NCBI GenBank assembly: GCA_963693365.1
Contig: CAVNZM010000010.1
Location: forward strand, 3,842,159-3,906,158
DNA from: Amoebidium appalachense
Lineage: Eukaryota; Protista; Ichthyosporea
Direction: 5' to 3'
Length of the DNA: 64,000 nt
A program made the position numbers and the translations under genes. The notes below the pieces were generated by a model, which saw only the letters and a program-made list of their open reading frames with translations, was not told the DNA's origin and made no database searches. This document shows, piece after piece, positions 47,330-64,000 of the stretch. Position 1 is the stretch's first letter. Each line of letters starts with the position of its first letter.

Positions 47330-48415
47330 ATCATGTTATTCAAAATAAAACACGGCATTGTTGTTCAACGGTTGCCTTGACAAGGTCAGCCTTTTTCTTA
47401 AGAGTCGTGCGGATCCCCCCCCCCCCCCCCCCCCCCCCCGCACACAGCCACTCCAGGCTGGTGGCAAAAATATCGGAAGGCTCATGTTCAAGGGCGTCCC
47501 CGTCACGGTTTTGCCTTTTTCATTACATAAACGGTAGATGTTTGCACAGACTGAACGCTGCACACGTGTACAACCACTGTGATGCCAATGTTTGTGTACC
47601 CATCAAGGGTTGCACAGAAATACTTTTAGTATTACTACGTGCATGCAAACCCGTTTAGATAGCAAAAACGCCTACCCGAAAAGCACCAACGGACGCAAAT
47701 ATTGAATTAAAAAGTCAGACCCGTGCGTGTGGGTCCATGTTGGCGTTCATCCGCACGCACTGAGCGTGTCTACATGTGCACACACATACACGTACACGCA
47801 TGCACGCACACACACACCTATACACGCCAGTACACACACCTGTACACACATGGAGAGAGAGAGAGACGATCACACTCACTCGCTCAATGACATTCATTCA
47901 CTCACCTCGCATGCACGCTGTGCGCGCACACACAGAAACACAAGTACAAATATACAGTAAAACAGCCTGGGTGAGCCGTGACTTTCGTCACTGAGCCGCC
48001 ACGTACACGTCTGAGGAATGTGTAAATGTGCTCATGTGTTTCACATCATGGCTAATCATACATATGCATATATGTGGAACACCAAATTGATCAGTCACGC
48101 TGCACATTGCCCGTCAGCTTTTTCTTTCTTTTTTCGAAGGCCGCAAACCTCTATCACAACCTCGAGATCAGATTGAATATCTGCTCCGCAGGCTCCCTTA
48201 GACCATCAGAGGTACACATGAAAGCAGAGTAATAAATATCGAATTGTGTTCCAGATCTGGCAAAACATTAAATGCCTATTCCACACACACACCGTCGAAG
48301 TGCCACACATACAGTGCCACACACACATGCACACAGTCAGGCGCAAACGCACACACATACACACGTGTAGGCACACACACACACACGCACACACACATAC
48401 ACTGTGTGACACACA

Positions 48416-48518
<103 letters not shown>

Positions 48519-49644
48519 CGTGGCACACACGCACACACATGTACACGCACGCCATGTACACTCATCACACACACACCACACAAAAAACACACACACACGT
48601 ACGTAGGACTGAGTGGCACAAACACATGCACACGAGCACACACACACACACTCGTGTATACGCACGCACGCACGCACGCACGCACACTATGCATACATAC
48701 ACACAGTCGCACACACACACACAGGCAAGCATGCGGAGACACAGTTGCTGAATGTACACACGCACGCACACACACACAGACGCACAAAAACACAATAAAC
48801 ACATGCACACGTGCACACACACCACATGTACTGACACACAAGCACAGTTGATGTGTACTCATGTGCGGCACATGTGCATAAAACATGTATTTGTTATTTG
48901 TTTTGTTTTTTTTTCCGGAAGATTTTTTCTTCCCCGTCTCACTTTGTACAAAAGCAATTGTTGACAAAAAACTGAAACCCCGGCCCACGGCCAGAGGCCC
49001 GGCGCGCTGTTACCAAATACAGCAAATCGTAGAGAAATTCGATTGGCTAGTCACCCATGCTTATCCGTGAGCCAAGGAATTATGAAGCGCAATATGATTG
49101 GTCGAATAAATTGATCCCTGTAATCGATGCAAAGATAAGCCATTTTTGGCATACGCAAGCCCCAAATTATTGGTGCATACCGAAGTGCCCCAGCCCGGCT
49201 GGCAGCAAGTGGCTGTTATCAGCCCACAACAGCAAACATTTGCTTACAAGTCAATTAGTCACGGTCTCTTCTCGTGTAGACTGTTGGGGCGACATGAAAG
49301 GCTAGGTGTTATGTAGGGGTATAATAAGTACTTAAAAGCATTGCATGGTCTATTGCAACAAGCATAGAAACTATCAGAAATGCTGCCGCAGAACGCTTAG
49401 TACCGTAAAACCTAACAAGGTTTACTATACTGTGTGTAGGTACAGACTTGTCACATCCACAACCCGGGCTGGGACTTTTTTGATGTGCACCAGGCAGGGT
49501 CGCTCCTAACCACACTTTATTTAAACGAGGAGAATATGTAAAATATACTTAACAATAGCCTAATTTATCGATTTCTACTGTACATTCACATATCCCTCTA
49601 TAGCTAGCGGCCTAATATAGATAGGCCTGTGCAAGGCACATCAA

Positions 49645-50946
49645 GTGGAGATGGAGGAGACCATCCTTTCGACCCCGTTCCCTTCGTCCACATCCGACGC
49701 CGGACTCAATGACGTTCAACCCAGTAGCAGTAATATATTATTACCTGCATTCGACGACACACACGCAAACACAACCACAATCACCACAGACAACAATGAA
49801 CCTGTAGAGAGAGTAATAGGCGGGAACACGAAGACAGATGCTCTCCCGTGGATGGCGTCGATTCAGTTGGCATCGGGCGGTCTTGGCAGTAAGAGTTGGA
49901 GGCATCATTGTGGTGCGACGGTAATTCACGAAAAATGGCTTCTCACCGCAGCACACTGCATGCTCAGCGGAAACGCCGGAGAGCCGGGCTCAGACACACA
50001 AACGAGTGTGGCAACGATGCCAAGGCAGACACGTGCGTTCATAGGAGGGTTAAACTTTGACTGGATGGATGAATTCGAGGGAAAAAACATAGTTGCGTAT
50101 ACTTGTCACCCAGGGTTTGTGCGTAAGACAATGACAAACGACGTGTGTTTGCTTCGTCTTGAGTCGCCCACCACAAAAACCCCAATCACTCTACCGACCC
50201 CAAACGAAGATAGTAACTTGTACGGCGACGTTCTCTCTGCGATTGTGTTGGGATGGGGGCTGACCGTCGATAACGACCCTACTGCCCGCCCCTCACAGCT
50301 ACAATACACAGACGTACCTATCGTTTCAAACGCCCGCTGCCGCCAAACGTTCGGGTCATACGTCACGGACGAAAACATTTGTGCCGGGACATCCGCGGGG
50401 GGTAAAGACGCGTGTCAGGGAGACTCGGGAGGGCCTCTAGTAGTCTATGATGAAGCAAACGGGAGGTGGGTCCAGAGGGGGGTGGTGAGTTATGGGAGCG
50501 GATGCGGGAGACCGGGTATTCCTGGGGTGTATGCACGCACATCGTCTTTTCGGGAGTGGATAGACTCTGTTATTGGCGGCGATTTGTCTCTAAATGCGCA
50601 GATTGGTGCGCAGAAGAGTTCGTGCGATGGGAGGGAATGCAAGGCGGATGACTCTGACCCGCTTCCACGGGAAAACACCGCTTTTATCGTTGGCGTGTCT
50701 GTCGGGTCTTTTGCAGGTGTCCTGCTCTTGGGTTTATGTGCCACGTTGATTGTTTGCGCAATCAAACGAAGGAGAGCAAGAAGAGGGGAGGCGAATGGAA
50801 GGGATTTTGGTACTACGAACACGAGCTCACATACGAGTAGGTCAGAGACGGATAGCGCTGTTGGGTGGCTGGGGAAGGATGGGGCACCGAAGGATGGAGA
50901 ACAGAGCAGTACACAGCTGCGGCACTGGGGAACGGTGGAATGCTAG
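49645..50946 (+). CDS. Trypsin-like S1A serine protease with C-terminal transmembrane anchor
   Basis: R/VIGG activation site, CGAT..WLLTAAHC, NDVCLLRL, KDACQGDSGGPL (S1 Asp, trypsin specificity), VSYGSGC..PGVYAR. TM segment FIVGVSVGSFAGVLLLGLCATLIVCAI followed by KRRRARR. A signal-peptide exon may lie upstream (possible acceptor at 49624). Confidence 0.95.
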   Translation: MEMEETILSTPFPSSTSDAGLNDVQPSSSNILLPAFDDTHANTTTITTDNNEPVERVIGGNTKTDALPWMASIQLASGGLGSKSWRHHCGATVIHEKWLLTAAHCMLSGNAGEPGSDTQTSVATMPRQTRAFIGGLNFDWMDEFEGKNIVAYTCHPGFVRKTMTNDVCLLRLESPTTKTPITLPTPNEDSNLYGDVLSAIVLGWGLTVDNDPTARPSQLQYTDVPIVSNARCRQTFGSYVTDENICAGTSAGGKDACQGDSGGPLVVYDEANGRWVQRGVVSYGSGCGRPGIPGVYARTSSFREWIDSVIGGDLSLNAQIGAQKSSCDGRECKADDSDPLPRENTAFIVGVSVGSFAGVLLLGLCATLIVCAIKRRRARRGEANGRDFGTTNTSSHTSRSETDSAVGWLGKDGAPKDGEQSSTQLRHWGTVEC

Positions 50947-51177
50947 TGGGTGATGTCTGGGAGCCAGTGAAAGAATTTCTAAAATAGTATATGCAGTTCA
51001 GTATGACATATGCACCCTCTGTTTTTACTTTTTAGCAAAACTGTAGGGAGTTTCTTCGACTCGAAAGATAACAATCCGGCATTAGACGAATGGGGGATTC
51101 CGCAACGCACAAACCCAAGTTGCAGGAGGTTTTTGGTATGATCGTGGGGATGATTAATGCCATGATGCTTGGATAGT

Positions 51178-51214
<37 letters not shown>

Positions 51215-52128
51215 ATTTGAATTTGATTTTGATTTTGAATTTGCTTTACTCTCAAATTGAGTTTCAATTTGCATTTGATTTTGATTTTGAATTTGAATGT
51301 ATATATGATGTGTCAGTGTTTGGTGAGTCTGGCTTTTTGGGTCACGTCACGTTGTTATGATGTTTGCTTCTCTGCCATGCCAAAGTTTTCTTGCTAGTCG
51401 GTGAATTTCTTTGCAATTGATTTAGGCTTCAAAAACAATGAATTGAAAGGGAGCTGCACGCAGATATGGTTTGCTTGACACCGTGCTCTGAGGCCCCCGG
51501 AGCAAGGCCCTTAACCAAGTGAAGTTTTGTACGCCATTTTCACTCTTTTGGACTGCCGGAGCCCACACTTATAAAGAAATGTGCACATTCAGAGAGAGGG
51601 ATGGGACGGGGGGGGGGGGGGGGGGGGGAGGGGGGGGGGTGTGGAGGGGGAGGACCCACCACCAGGCTACCTGGGCAGGGCCTCCCCCCTTCTCCCTCTC
51701 CTCCTCCCCCCTCCCCCCCCCCCATCCCCCGGCGCCGCCTCCTTCCTCCTCTCCCTCTCACCTTTTGACTTAGCTAAAGTCAGAATTGTGTTGTTGTTTT
51801 TTTTGGATGGGTGGGGGTTGGGGGGGCTGGGGTTGGGTGAGGGGAGGGGGGGGGGGGGGGAGGGGGGGACCCACCATTCACGTGCACCTGGACAGGTGGC
51901 TTCTCCCCCCCATCCACCCCCCGCCCCCCCTCCCCCCGGTAGATGGTGTCCTGCCCCCCCCCCCCCCCCCCCTCTCCCTCCTGGTCCCTCTCACCTCTTG
52001 AGTCAGGTGCGTTTTTTTAACCGTTTTTTTTTAGCGTTTTGTTCCATATTGTCGCATTTTGGGGGGTGCCAGCCCCAGGGAGCCTACATTTAACGTTAAA
52101 ATTGCACACACACACGTGTCACATGCAT

Positions 52129-52173
<45 letters not shown>

Positions 52174-52180
52174 TACACAC

Positions 52181-52229
<49 letters not shown>

Positions 52230-52448
52230 TGCACACATCAAGTGAAACTTCTACTGCCGTCTCCCCCCCCCCCCCCCCCCCCCCCCCCCCCGCCACCTCC
52301 TTCCATCTGCCCACCCACACACAAAATTGAACAGACACATGCACACACGCAGCAATCACTCGCACACACGCACACGCGCGCAAACACACATGCATACACC
52401 GTCACACACTGTGTAGCACGTCGTCGGCACCCATACACGGCAGTGTCG

Positions 52449-52505
<57 letters not shown>

Positions 52506-52572
52506 ACATGCACCCGCCGGTTGACACAAACTTAGACACACACAGACCTTGACACACAGACAGACAGATACT

Positions 52573-52628
<56 letters not shown>

Positions 52629-53277
52629 CACGCACACACACGCACACACACGCACACACAGTCCGTCGGACACACACACACACACACCTGGGTTCAACGT
52701 CAAGAAGGCTTCATCTTCCTATCACAAAACATTAGTTGAGGTCCGACCACATCATGAGCCATGCCCCCCTCCCCACCTCCCCCCAGAACTGTGACATGGC
52801 ATGACATGTCTTCTACTTGTTTTGCTCATATTACACATCTAACCAACTCTACTGTAACCCCCTTCCCCACCTCCCTCCCCCTTCCCCCCCCCCCCCCCCC
52901 CCTCCCCCTTTTTTTTTTCCCCTTTCTTGACCGCCCCATACCCAGAAAGTTAACTGGTCCCATCTTGATGCCATGCGGACTTTCCCGTTGCGCCGGCTTT
53001 ACTGTCGGTCTCTCAGAGTCTTCACATATGTGCGCGGACGTGTATGTCGAAACTGTTTTCACCACCGAACACCTGATTCACCATTGCAACCTAAACATCA
53101 TCATGGCAACCTCGGAGCCACAAATAGGTGTGGGCCTGTGTATGGGGTGCACGTGGTCCATACAGCAGGTGGCCGTGGCAGTCGCGTGATAAAAAGAGGC
53201 TGGTAGGAGCGCTGTAATGCATGATTCATAACATAACAGGATAATTGCCAAGCACTACATCCCGGTGAATATCATTT

Positions 53278-53320
<43 letters not shown>

Positions 53321-53559
53321 GGGGGGGGGGGGAGGGGAGGGGAAAGGAGAGAGGGGGGGGGGGGGGGGAGAGGGGGGGGGAGGGGAGAGAGAGAGAGAGA
53401 GAGAGAGGAGAGGGAGGGGGGGGGAGGAGGGGAGAGAGAGCGAGAGAGAGTGTGTGTGCGTGCGTGTGTGTCATGTATACGTATAGCTTTTTTATATATA
53501 ATGACTTTATTGATATGCTCAGCAAAATAGAAGCCATCGAGATATCACCGATATCTCGG

Positions 53560-54060
53560 AAAAGAAAAATACAAAAGCCCTCACGCTCGGATACGGAGGA
53601 GATAACGACTTAAATAATCATACACCCTAGAAAACTCGTTAAACATACCGTGGTTCAACAGATAGCCAATAGACGTAATATCAGGATTATCTAAATAAGC
53701 CAGTCTTCTAATTTCTAACGGAATAATATGAGATAAATAAATACATCTATCTATTGTGTTTATGAGAAAAAGGTTCTGCACAAAAGTGGCACAAACATTT
53801 ATGGAAACAAAGGTTACAGCGCCAAAATAAACATTTCCAAGCTATATCACAGGGAGCTCGAGGGGTTATAATTGCAAAATCGGTAAGTGTGGTAGGTTTA
53901 CGAGAGGAAGGATAAATATAAGTAGCTAATTTACACAACGATTACGGTAAAGAAAATAGACGAGTCTCTAATATAAAAAGAAGCACAGGCTCAAGAGCCC
54001 TACCATGATACTCTTTATCACAACGATGAAGCAAAGGATATTGAGTATGAAACCAAGTAA
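53560..54060 (-). mobile_element. 3' fragment of a decayed non-LTR retrotransposon
   Basis: Translates DIAWKCLFWRCNLCFHKCLCHFCAEPF..IDRC..YDYLSRYLL*, homologous to the C-terminus of the RT element at 55880-56168. Confidence 0.75.
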
Positions 54061-54789
54061 AAAAAACTTTCCGGAATAGCCAAGGCATCCGATCCTTGAC
54101 TATCCCGGTTGGAGTTAGCTTAGTGGGCCATTGCCATAGTCCTGCACCACGGCCATCTGTGTTTCTAGATGGCCGTGTCCTGCACCCAGGCGAGTCCCAT
54201 CAGGGCATCCGATCCCCCATGCGCTACATCCTGGGATTCGACGCAGGTGCCTCCTGCGTCGGAGGTGAGGAGCTTACCCGCTCGGCCACAGCTTGCAGAA
54301 AGAAGGGCCATTCTCCGGATGGCTAGCAATGCCATGAACACCGTGACGGGCTTTGTGTCGAGTCTGTCAGCCTTTCATAGTATTACGTACTTGATCTATT
54401 CTCTTTGGCCGTCCTTCTATTCTCTTTAGCCAGTCCATTAAAGGTGTTGAAAATCATTACAAGGAAACATGCAAGTGCCTCATTACTGAAACGTGCCTTC
54501 CCCCCCGGCCCCCCGGCCCCCCGGCCCCCCGGCCCCCCCCCCCCCCCCCCCCCCCCCCTTTTCTTTTCAGGCTCTTTTTTGTATTTTGGGGACTTTAGCT
54601 ACGGCAACGTTTATCTTTTTGGGGTTTACGCACTATTTATTGCTGTGGACACTGTGTTTGGGGGGGGATTGTGCTGTTTATTATCGACATACAGGCTTGA
54701 GCTCGTGATAAGATGCCGGCACCAAGGCCAACAGGCACTCCACCCAACGGGTTACATGATATTCCGGGATAACATGCTAATATTTTTGA

Positions 54790-56260
54790 ACCGAGATATG
54801 AACATACTCGTTCTCGGGGTCTTCTGCAGGGGTCCCTCTTGAGTACGTTGTTGTTTGACGTTTTCATCGACGATTTAGCCTGCGCCCTCGAACCTTTTGC
54901 ATATGGCCAACTGCATACCCGCCGTGTACCGGGTCTCCTTTTTGCGGACGATATTGTTCTTTGTTCCCTAAGAACCGAAGACGTCATGCACCAGATGCGA
55001 AGCTTCGTCAGGTGGATCAATGGTGCACCGAGAATCTCATGACAGTCGGAATTGCGAAGTGTGCTACATTTTCGAAAAACGCTTCCTTTCGATTGGCCGG
55101 TCTTCCTATTCCTGTTCAGAGCACCTATTTGACTATTTGGGTATTCCTTTTACTGCACGGGGTATTGATTTCCGCAAGCTCCTCACGGCACGGATCGCTC
55201 GTGCGAAGGGTAAGCTTCACATCGTGTCAAATATGTTTCAACGGGAGTCTGTGATCCATCCTGCGAACCTTCTTCTCTACTATAAACTTTCTTACGGCCG
55301 ATTTTCGAATATGGACTTCCGCTATTGGACTGCGCGGCGGCGGCGGCCGTGGCGCTGAAAGAGTTCGACGATTTTCAGGGTACTGCGCTGCGCACTTTGT
55401 TTCGTACTCGGTTTGTGCCTCCCTTAATTAGTATGTTTGGATTGTCGTCTGCTGTTTGTCGTATGGAGGAATTGTCTCTTCGTTTTTTTTTTCATTTAGT
55501 TTGGATACCTGTTGGTCACTCTCTTTATGCTTTCTTTCCCCCCGCCTCCCTCCATCCCTCTTCCCCCCCGATTCACCAACGCCACTTCTGAATGTCCTCA
55601 GCCTACCGTCTTTCAACCTGATCCTTCCTCTCGCTATCTCACTCCCTCTTTCTTTTCTCTTCCTGTTCTTTCTGCCTTTTTGAGTTATTACCATACGCAG
55701 TATAAGTTTCTTTCTCGTCCTGATAGAGAAATCAAAGGTAAAACTCAGTCGGCATGTGTTATTTTCCTTAGGCAACACCGTACTGATCATTATCGCTTTT
55801 TGGGAGCTTTGGCAGGATACATTCCTCCTGCTGTACGTATGGATACCACCGTAGTAGATAAGTCTCAGTATGGTGCTCTGATGTTGATATTGCCTGGGAA
55901 GTTGTGCACTGGCGTTGTAATTCTTGTTTCCATCGCCGCTGGTGCCACTTTTGTGCTGAACTTTTTAATCGGCGAAAGCATGTTGATAGGTGTGAGTTTT
56001 TATGTCGCGTTTTACCTCTTTCCCTATGGGCGTCTGCTACACTGGCTGGCAACGGTGAACACTTCAGACTTTTTGTTGAATTCTGTTCGTCGTCACATTG
56101 AGTATTTACATGATTTTCACACAGTGTTCAGGTATCTCAGCATGCACTTGTTACTGGATAACTCGTGAAGTTTTTGTTGTCTTCTCAGTATGCCGTGCAT
56201 ACTTGCATATCTTTCCGTCGAATAAATCCAGTCAAAAGAGAAAAAGAAATAAAAAAAAAT
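54790..56260 (+). mobile_element. 5'-truncated, frameshifted non-LTR retrotransposon (RT plus C-terminal Cys/His finger)
   Basis: GLLQGSLLSTLLFDVFIDDL..GLLFADDIVL, then KC and YLGIPF in shifted frames, then WRCNSCFHRRWCHFCAELFNRRKHVDRC. AATAAA and an A-rich tail at about 56221-56260. Confidence 0.9.
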
Positions 56261-57594
56261 TGAAGCCGGGATTTCATGCTAATTGTGTTTATCTTTTTTT
56301 GTGTACGTGCACATGTGTCTTGCAACATGGCTTTCCCGAGGTGGGCGGATCACGGGCCGCAACATTGGCAACTTTCCGGGTCATATTTACACCTAGTACA
56401 ACCCAATCAAAGGACGAGTTAGCAGTCGGTGAATAACCGACTTAATTATCACTGATAAGCTATATAAGGCAAACAAAAAAAAAAGCGCAAATATCTTAAT
56501 ATCAGAATTTATTTTTACGCGTATTCTATTGGTTTGTTTGTAAGATCTTGTTTTTGAAATGCGGTTATTATGTTGCATGACCTTGCGTACCATTCAAGTC
56601 ATCATCACCGAGAAAGTGAGCATAAACATAGCAAACATATCCAAAGCTCTGCAAGTAAGAATGTATGATGACCACAGGTAAAAAAAAATATCTGATTTAG
56701 TATCCGCTTCGGATGTAGGTAAAAAAGCTTACATTATGTAGTTATACAATTATAGATTATAGCGGCTCTACGTAACTTCATCTTTATAGATTTGCAGTTC
56801 AGACTAACTAAAAATCTCCTATCAAACTTTCAAGATGAATGTTCTGATTGAAAAAAGTTATCTAGGCTCACTGAATATTTTCATTCTAGCTAGACCTACA
56901 CATTCTTTTCCGGCCCTTCGTCGGGCCGCGGCCGCGCAGTCACGATTGCAAAGCAACACAGGATTACGCAAGGAACAAGTAGAAAGGGAAACCGCAACAT
57001 TTTTCGTTTCTCATTGTTCTAGAGATCAGGATTTAAAAATGATAAAGTGTAGCTTGTTGAAACTCACACATCAATAGTTTAAGTATATGTTTGTAGGTAG
57101 GTATAGGCGGGGAAAATTCCGGTTGAAAAGGGTGCATTTTCATTTTCATACTGGCTAACACCTTTATGATGATTCTGTGACATGCGTAACGTATGCTTGT
57201 ATGTAGGCAACAAAGAAACACGTGTCCGTTTTTCTGGTTCGTACGATTATTTTTTCTTTTTTGCCTTGGCAGATATAAGGTATCCCATGTGTGCGCTACG
57301 GTTGAAGGGTTTTTTTGGTGAGCCATCTTAGGTGAGTGACCTCCTTTGAGCGACCTCTTGTGTAAACGTGTATTTGCTTGTACACAGGCAACTTTATTGG
57401 TGTTTGTTGTTTTGTGCCTTTGCTTGCCTGTGCGTGCCTGTGCGTGTGCGTATATATTTGATTTGTGTGCAGTTTCTTCCGTGCAATGCGCTTCTCGCGG
57501 TCGTGTGCATGTTTACAGTAGTCTGTGGTGTGTGCTTGTACGTTGGTGTGTGTGTGTGTGTGTGCGTGTGTGCGTGTGTGCGTCTCTGTGGTGT

Positions 57595-57630
<36 letters not shown>

Positions 57631-57654
57631 CGTGTGTGCATGTGTGTGTGCGTG

Positions 57655-57728
<74 letters not shown>

Positions 57729-58950
57729 ACTCTCTGCATGTGTGTGTGTGCATGTGTGCGTTGAAGGTGGGAAGGGTGTTTGTGTGTGTGGGGGGGTGGG
57801 GGGAAAGAGGGAGTTTTGGCTGGCGTGTTTGCAAGCGTGCAAATTGTGTACATGCACTCGACCATGCAAGCGTAATTTTGTTGCTTGTGTGCCTGTGCGT
57901 GTGCGCCTGTGTTTGTGTGCCTGCACAGATGTATGCTTGTGTAGAAGTGCTCGCCTTACTGATAGACGCACAAGAGAATTTTGGAGCACTTCTTCTTTTC
58001 ATTTTTGCTCGTGCGATTGAGCTTGTGCCCGCGTAACATGCATCTCAGACTCCCGTAATGGTAACTTTTTCTTGCTCAAATTGTCCGTTTCGCCATCATC
58101 CAATCATGCCTCCCCTTCCCTCCTTCTTCCTCTTTTCCCTATGCAACTTTTTTATCGTGCAGCACTTGATGTCCTACAACCATACGTGATTATGGCAGTG
58201 TAACTCACACCATATTTTTTTTTTTTTTGGTGCAGAACCATGTTGGTGTGGTAGTATAACTTGTTTTTTCGTATTTGAAAGCTGAGACATTTACGATTTG
58301 GCGCCTTGAAGCCGTGCTGTTTTCTTCGTCAACCGCAATCACAGCGTTCACACCTAGCTGCACGTGGACAGACACAAGAGTTCTTTGCTGGAGACACACA
58401 TGGGAAAAGTCATGATTATCGTAGAACACCGGAGATTGATGATGCAGTTGAAGTATACAAGAACGACTCATGTCGATGATGTGTCGGTGCAAGGTGCTTG
58501 ATCACCAGCCACAACTAAAAGCGAGGATACAGTGGTGTTGGAAGGGATGGTGAATAGGCGCATTTTGTTCTTGTTTTGCGGTTTTTAGGAAAAAGCCTTT
58601 ATGGACTGTGTCTGGTTTTAATGCTAAAGTTTCGCAAGGCTGAACGAACCTCTATCCCTTTGTCTCGCCCACAAAACCCATCACATATGGCCTGCTGACA
58701 TTTTCTGCATTGTCCTTGCAGGTTTGATTTTCAGGACCCGAAATTGACAACGTGTAATTGGTGCTGGTTGCTTGCTCATGGACGATTAACATTCCCCGTG
58801 GGAGCTGGCTGTGTGCCGTGCTGGATTTTGTTTTCAATCTTATTACAAGTAAGCCATCTTTTCTGTTTGTTTGGTCCCGAATTTCTTCTAATATAGAATC
58901 AGCACAGGATTTTTTGCGAAATTTGTTGTTGTTTTTTTTCCCCCTTAGAT

Positions 58951-58988
<38 letters not shown>

Positions 58989-59572
58989 GTGCATGCATGG
59001 AAGTTTTCTGAGTTTGTATGTGTCATAGTGTGCATCTTTGTACTTCGCTTTGTGTACCGCATCATCCCCCCTCCCCCCCCCCCCCCCCCAAAAAAAAAAA
59101 AAAACACCACATCAACATTGCACGTACGTACACACACATACAAACACTTCGTTCGTTGTCTCTCAGACATGTAACTGCCTGGAAAATGGTACTTTCCTTG
59201 CTTGATCTTATGAGATGCGCTCTGACATGCAATCCATACTCACACTCACGCACCCACACAAACGCAAACACACACAGACACGCAAACACATACACACACA
59301 CAAGCACACACACAGACACACACACACACACACACAGACACACACACACACACACCTACAAAAACACCTTCACACATACCTACACACACGTATACACACA
59401 CGTGCACGCACACGTACACACCTAGACACACACACACAATTCCCCCACACATACCCCCGCACGTACACACACAATTACGCACACGTGCACACACACACAC
59501 ACACCACACACACACACACGTATACACACACACGTACACACACACACGTATTTTTTTTTTTACAGCACGACT

Positions 59573-63865
<4,293 letters not shown>

Positions 63866-63880
63866 CACTCACACCCAACC

Positions 63881-64000
<120 letters not shown>

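Noticed and set aside
51180-51300. Poly(T) plus TTTGA repeats resembling a telomere or retrocopy tail
   Set aside because: Irregular units and no associated element body
58240-58850. Exon-like blocks upstream of the cNMP gene
   Set aside because: No frame could be tied to a known domain; may be 5' UTR exons, so not called

Overview
Eukaryotic nuclear DNA with GT-AG spliceosomal introns, saturated with poly(G)/poly(C), (CA/TG)n and (CT/AG)n tracts. Almost all entries in the ORF track are microsatellite artefacts. Real coding exons are short islands that I joined by hand. Six genes are supported: (1) NXF1/TAP/Mex67 mRNA export factor (minus, 14806 running off the left edge); (2) a non-receptor PTP-fold protein with all catalytic motifs degenerate, three acidic tyrosine motifs and a PTP-PEST-type C-terminal motif (minus, 29993-17071); (3) a 163-aa four-TM Sho1-like protein (minus); (4) an MBD/TAM-like domain protein (plus); (5) an uninterrupted membrane-anchored trypsin (plus); (6) the 5' part of a cyclic-nucleotide-binding protein (plus). 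Mobile DNA comprises a PIF/Harbinger MITE, a TTAA (Kolobok-like) MITE, two decayed non-LTR retrotransposon pieces, and about 16 copies of a short interspersed repeat whose conserved end sits at or close to G/C homopolymers. The gene content suggests a unicellular holozoan such as an ichthyosporean, but that is inference only. One-base slips in G-runs inside at least three exons point to homopolymer sequencing errors, so fine structure near G/C runs needs read-level checking. The most interesting signals are the poly(C)-ended retroposon-like family, the PEST-type pseudophosphatase scaffold, G/UG-to-C/CA polarity in many introns, and degenerate 'echoes' of exon edges in flanking introns.
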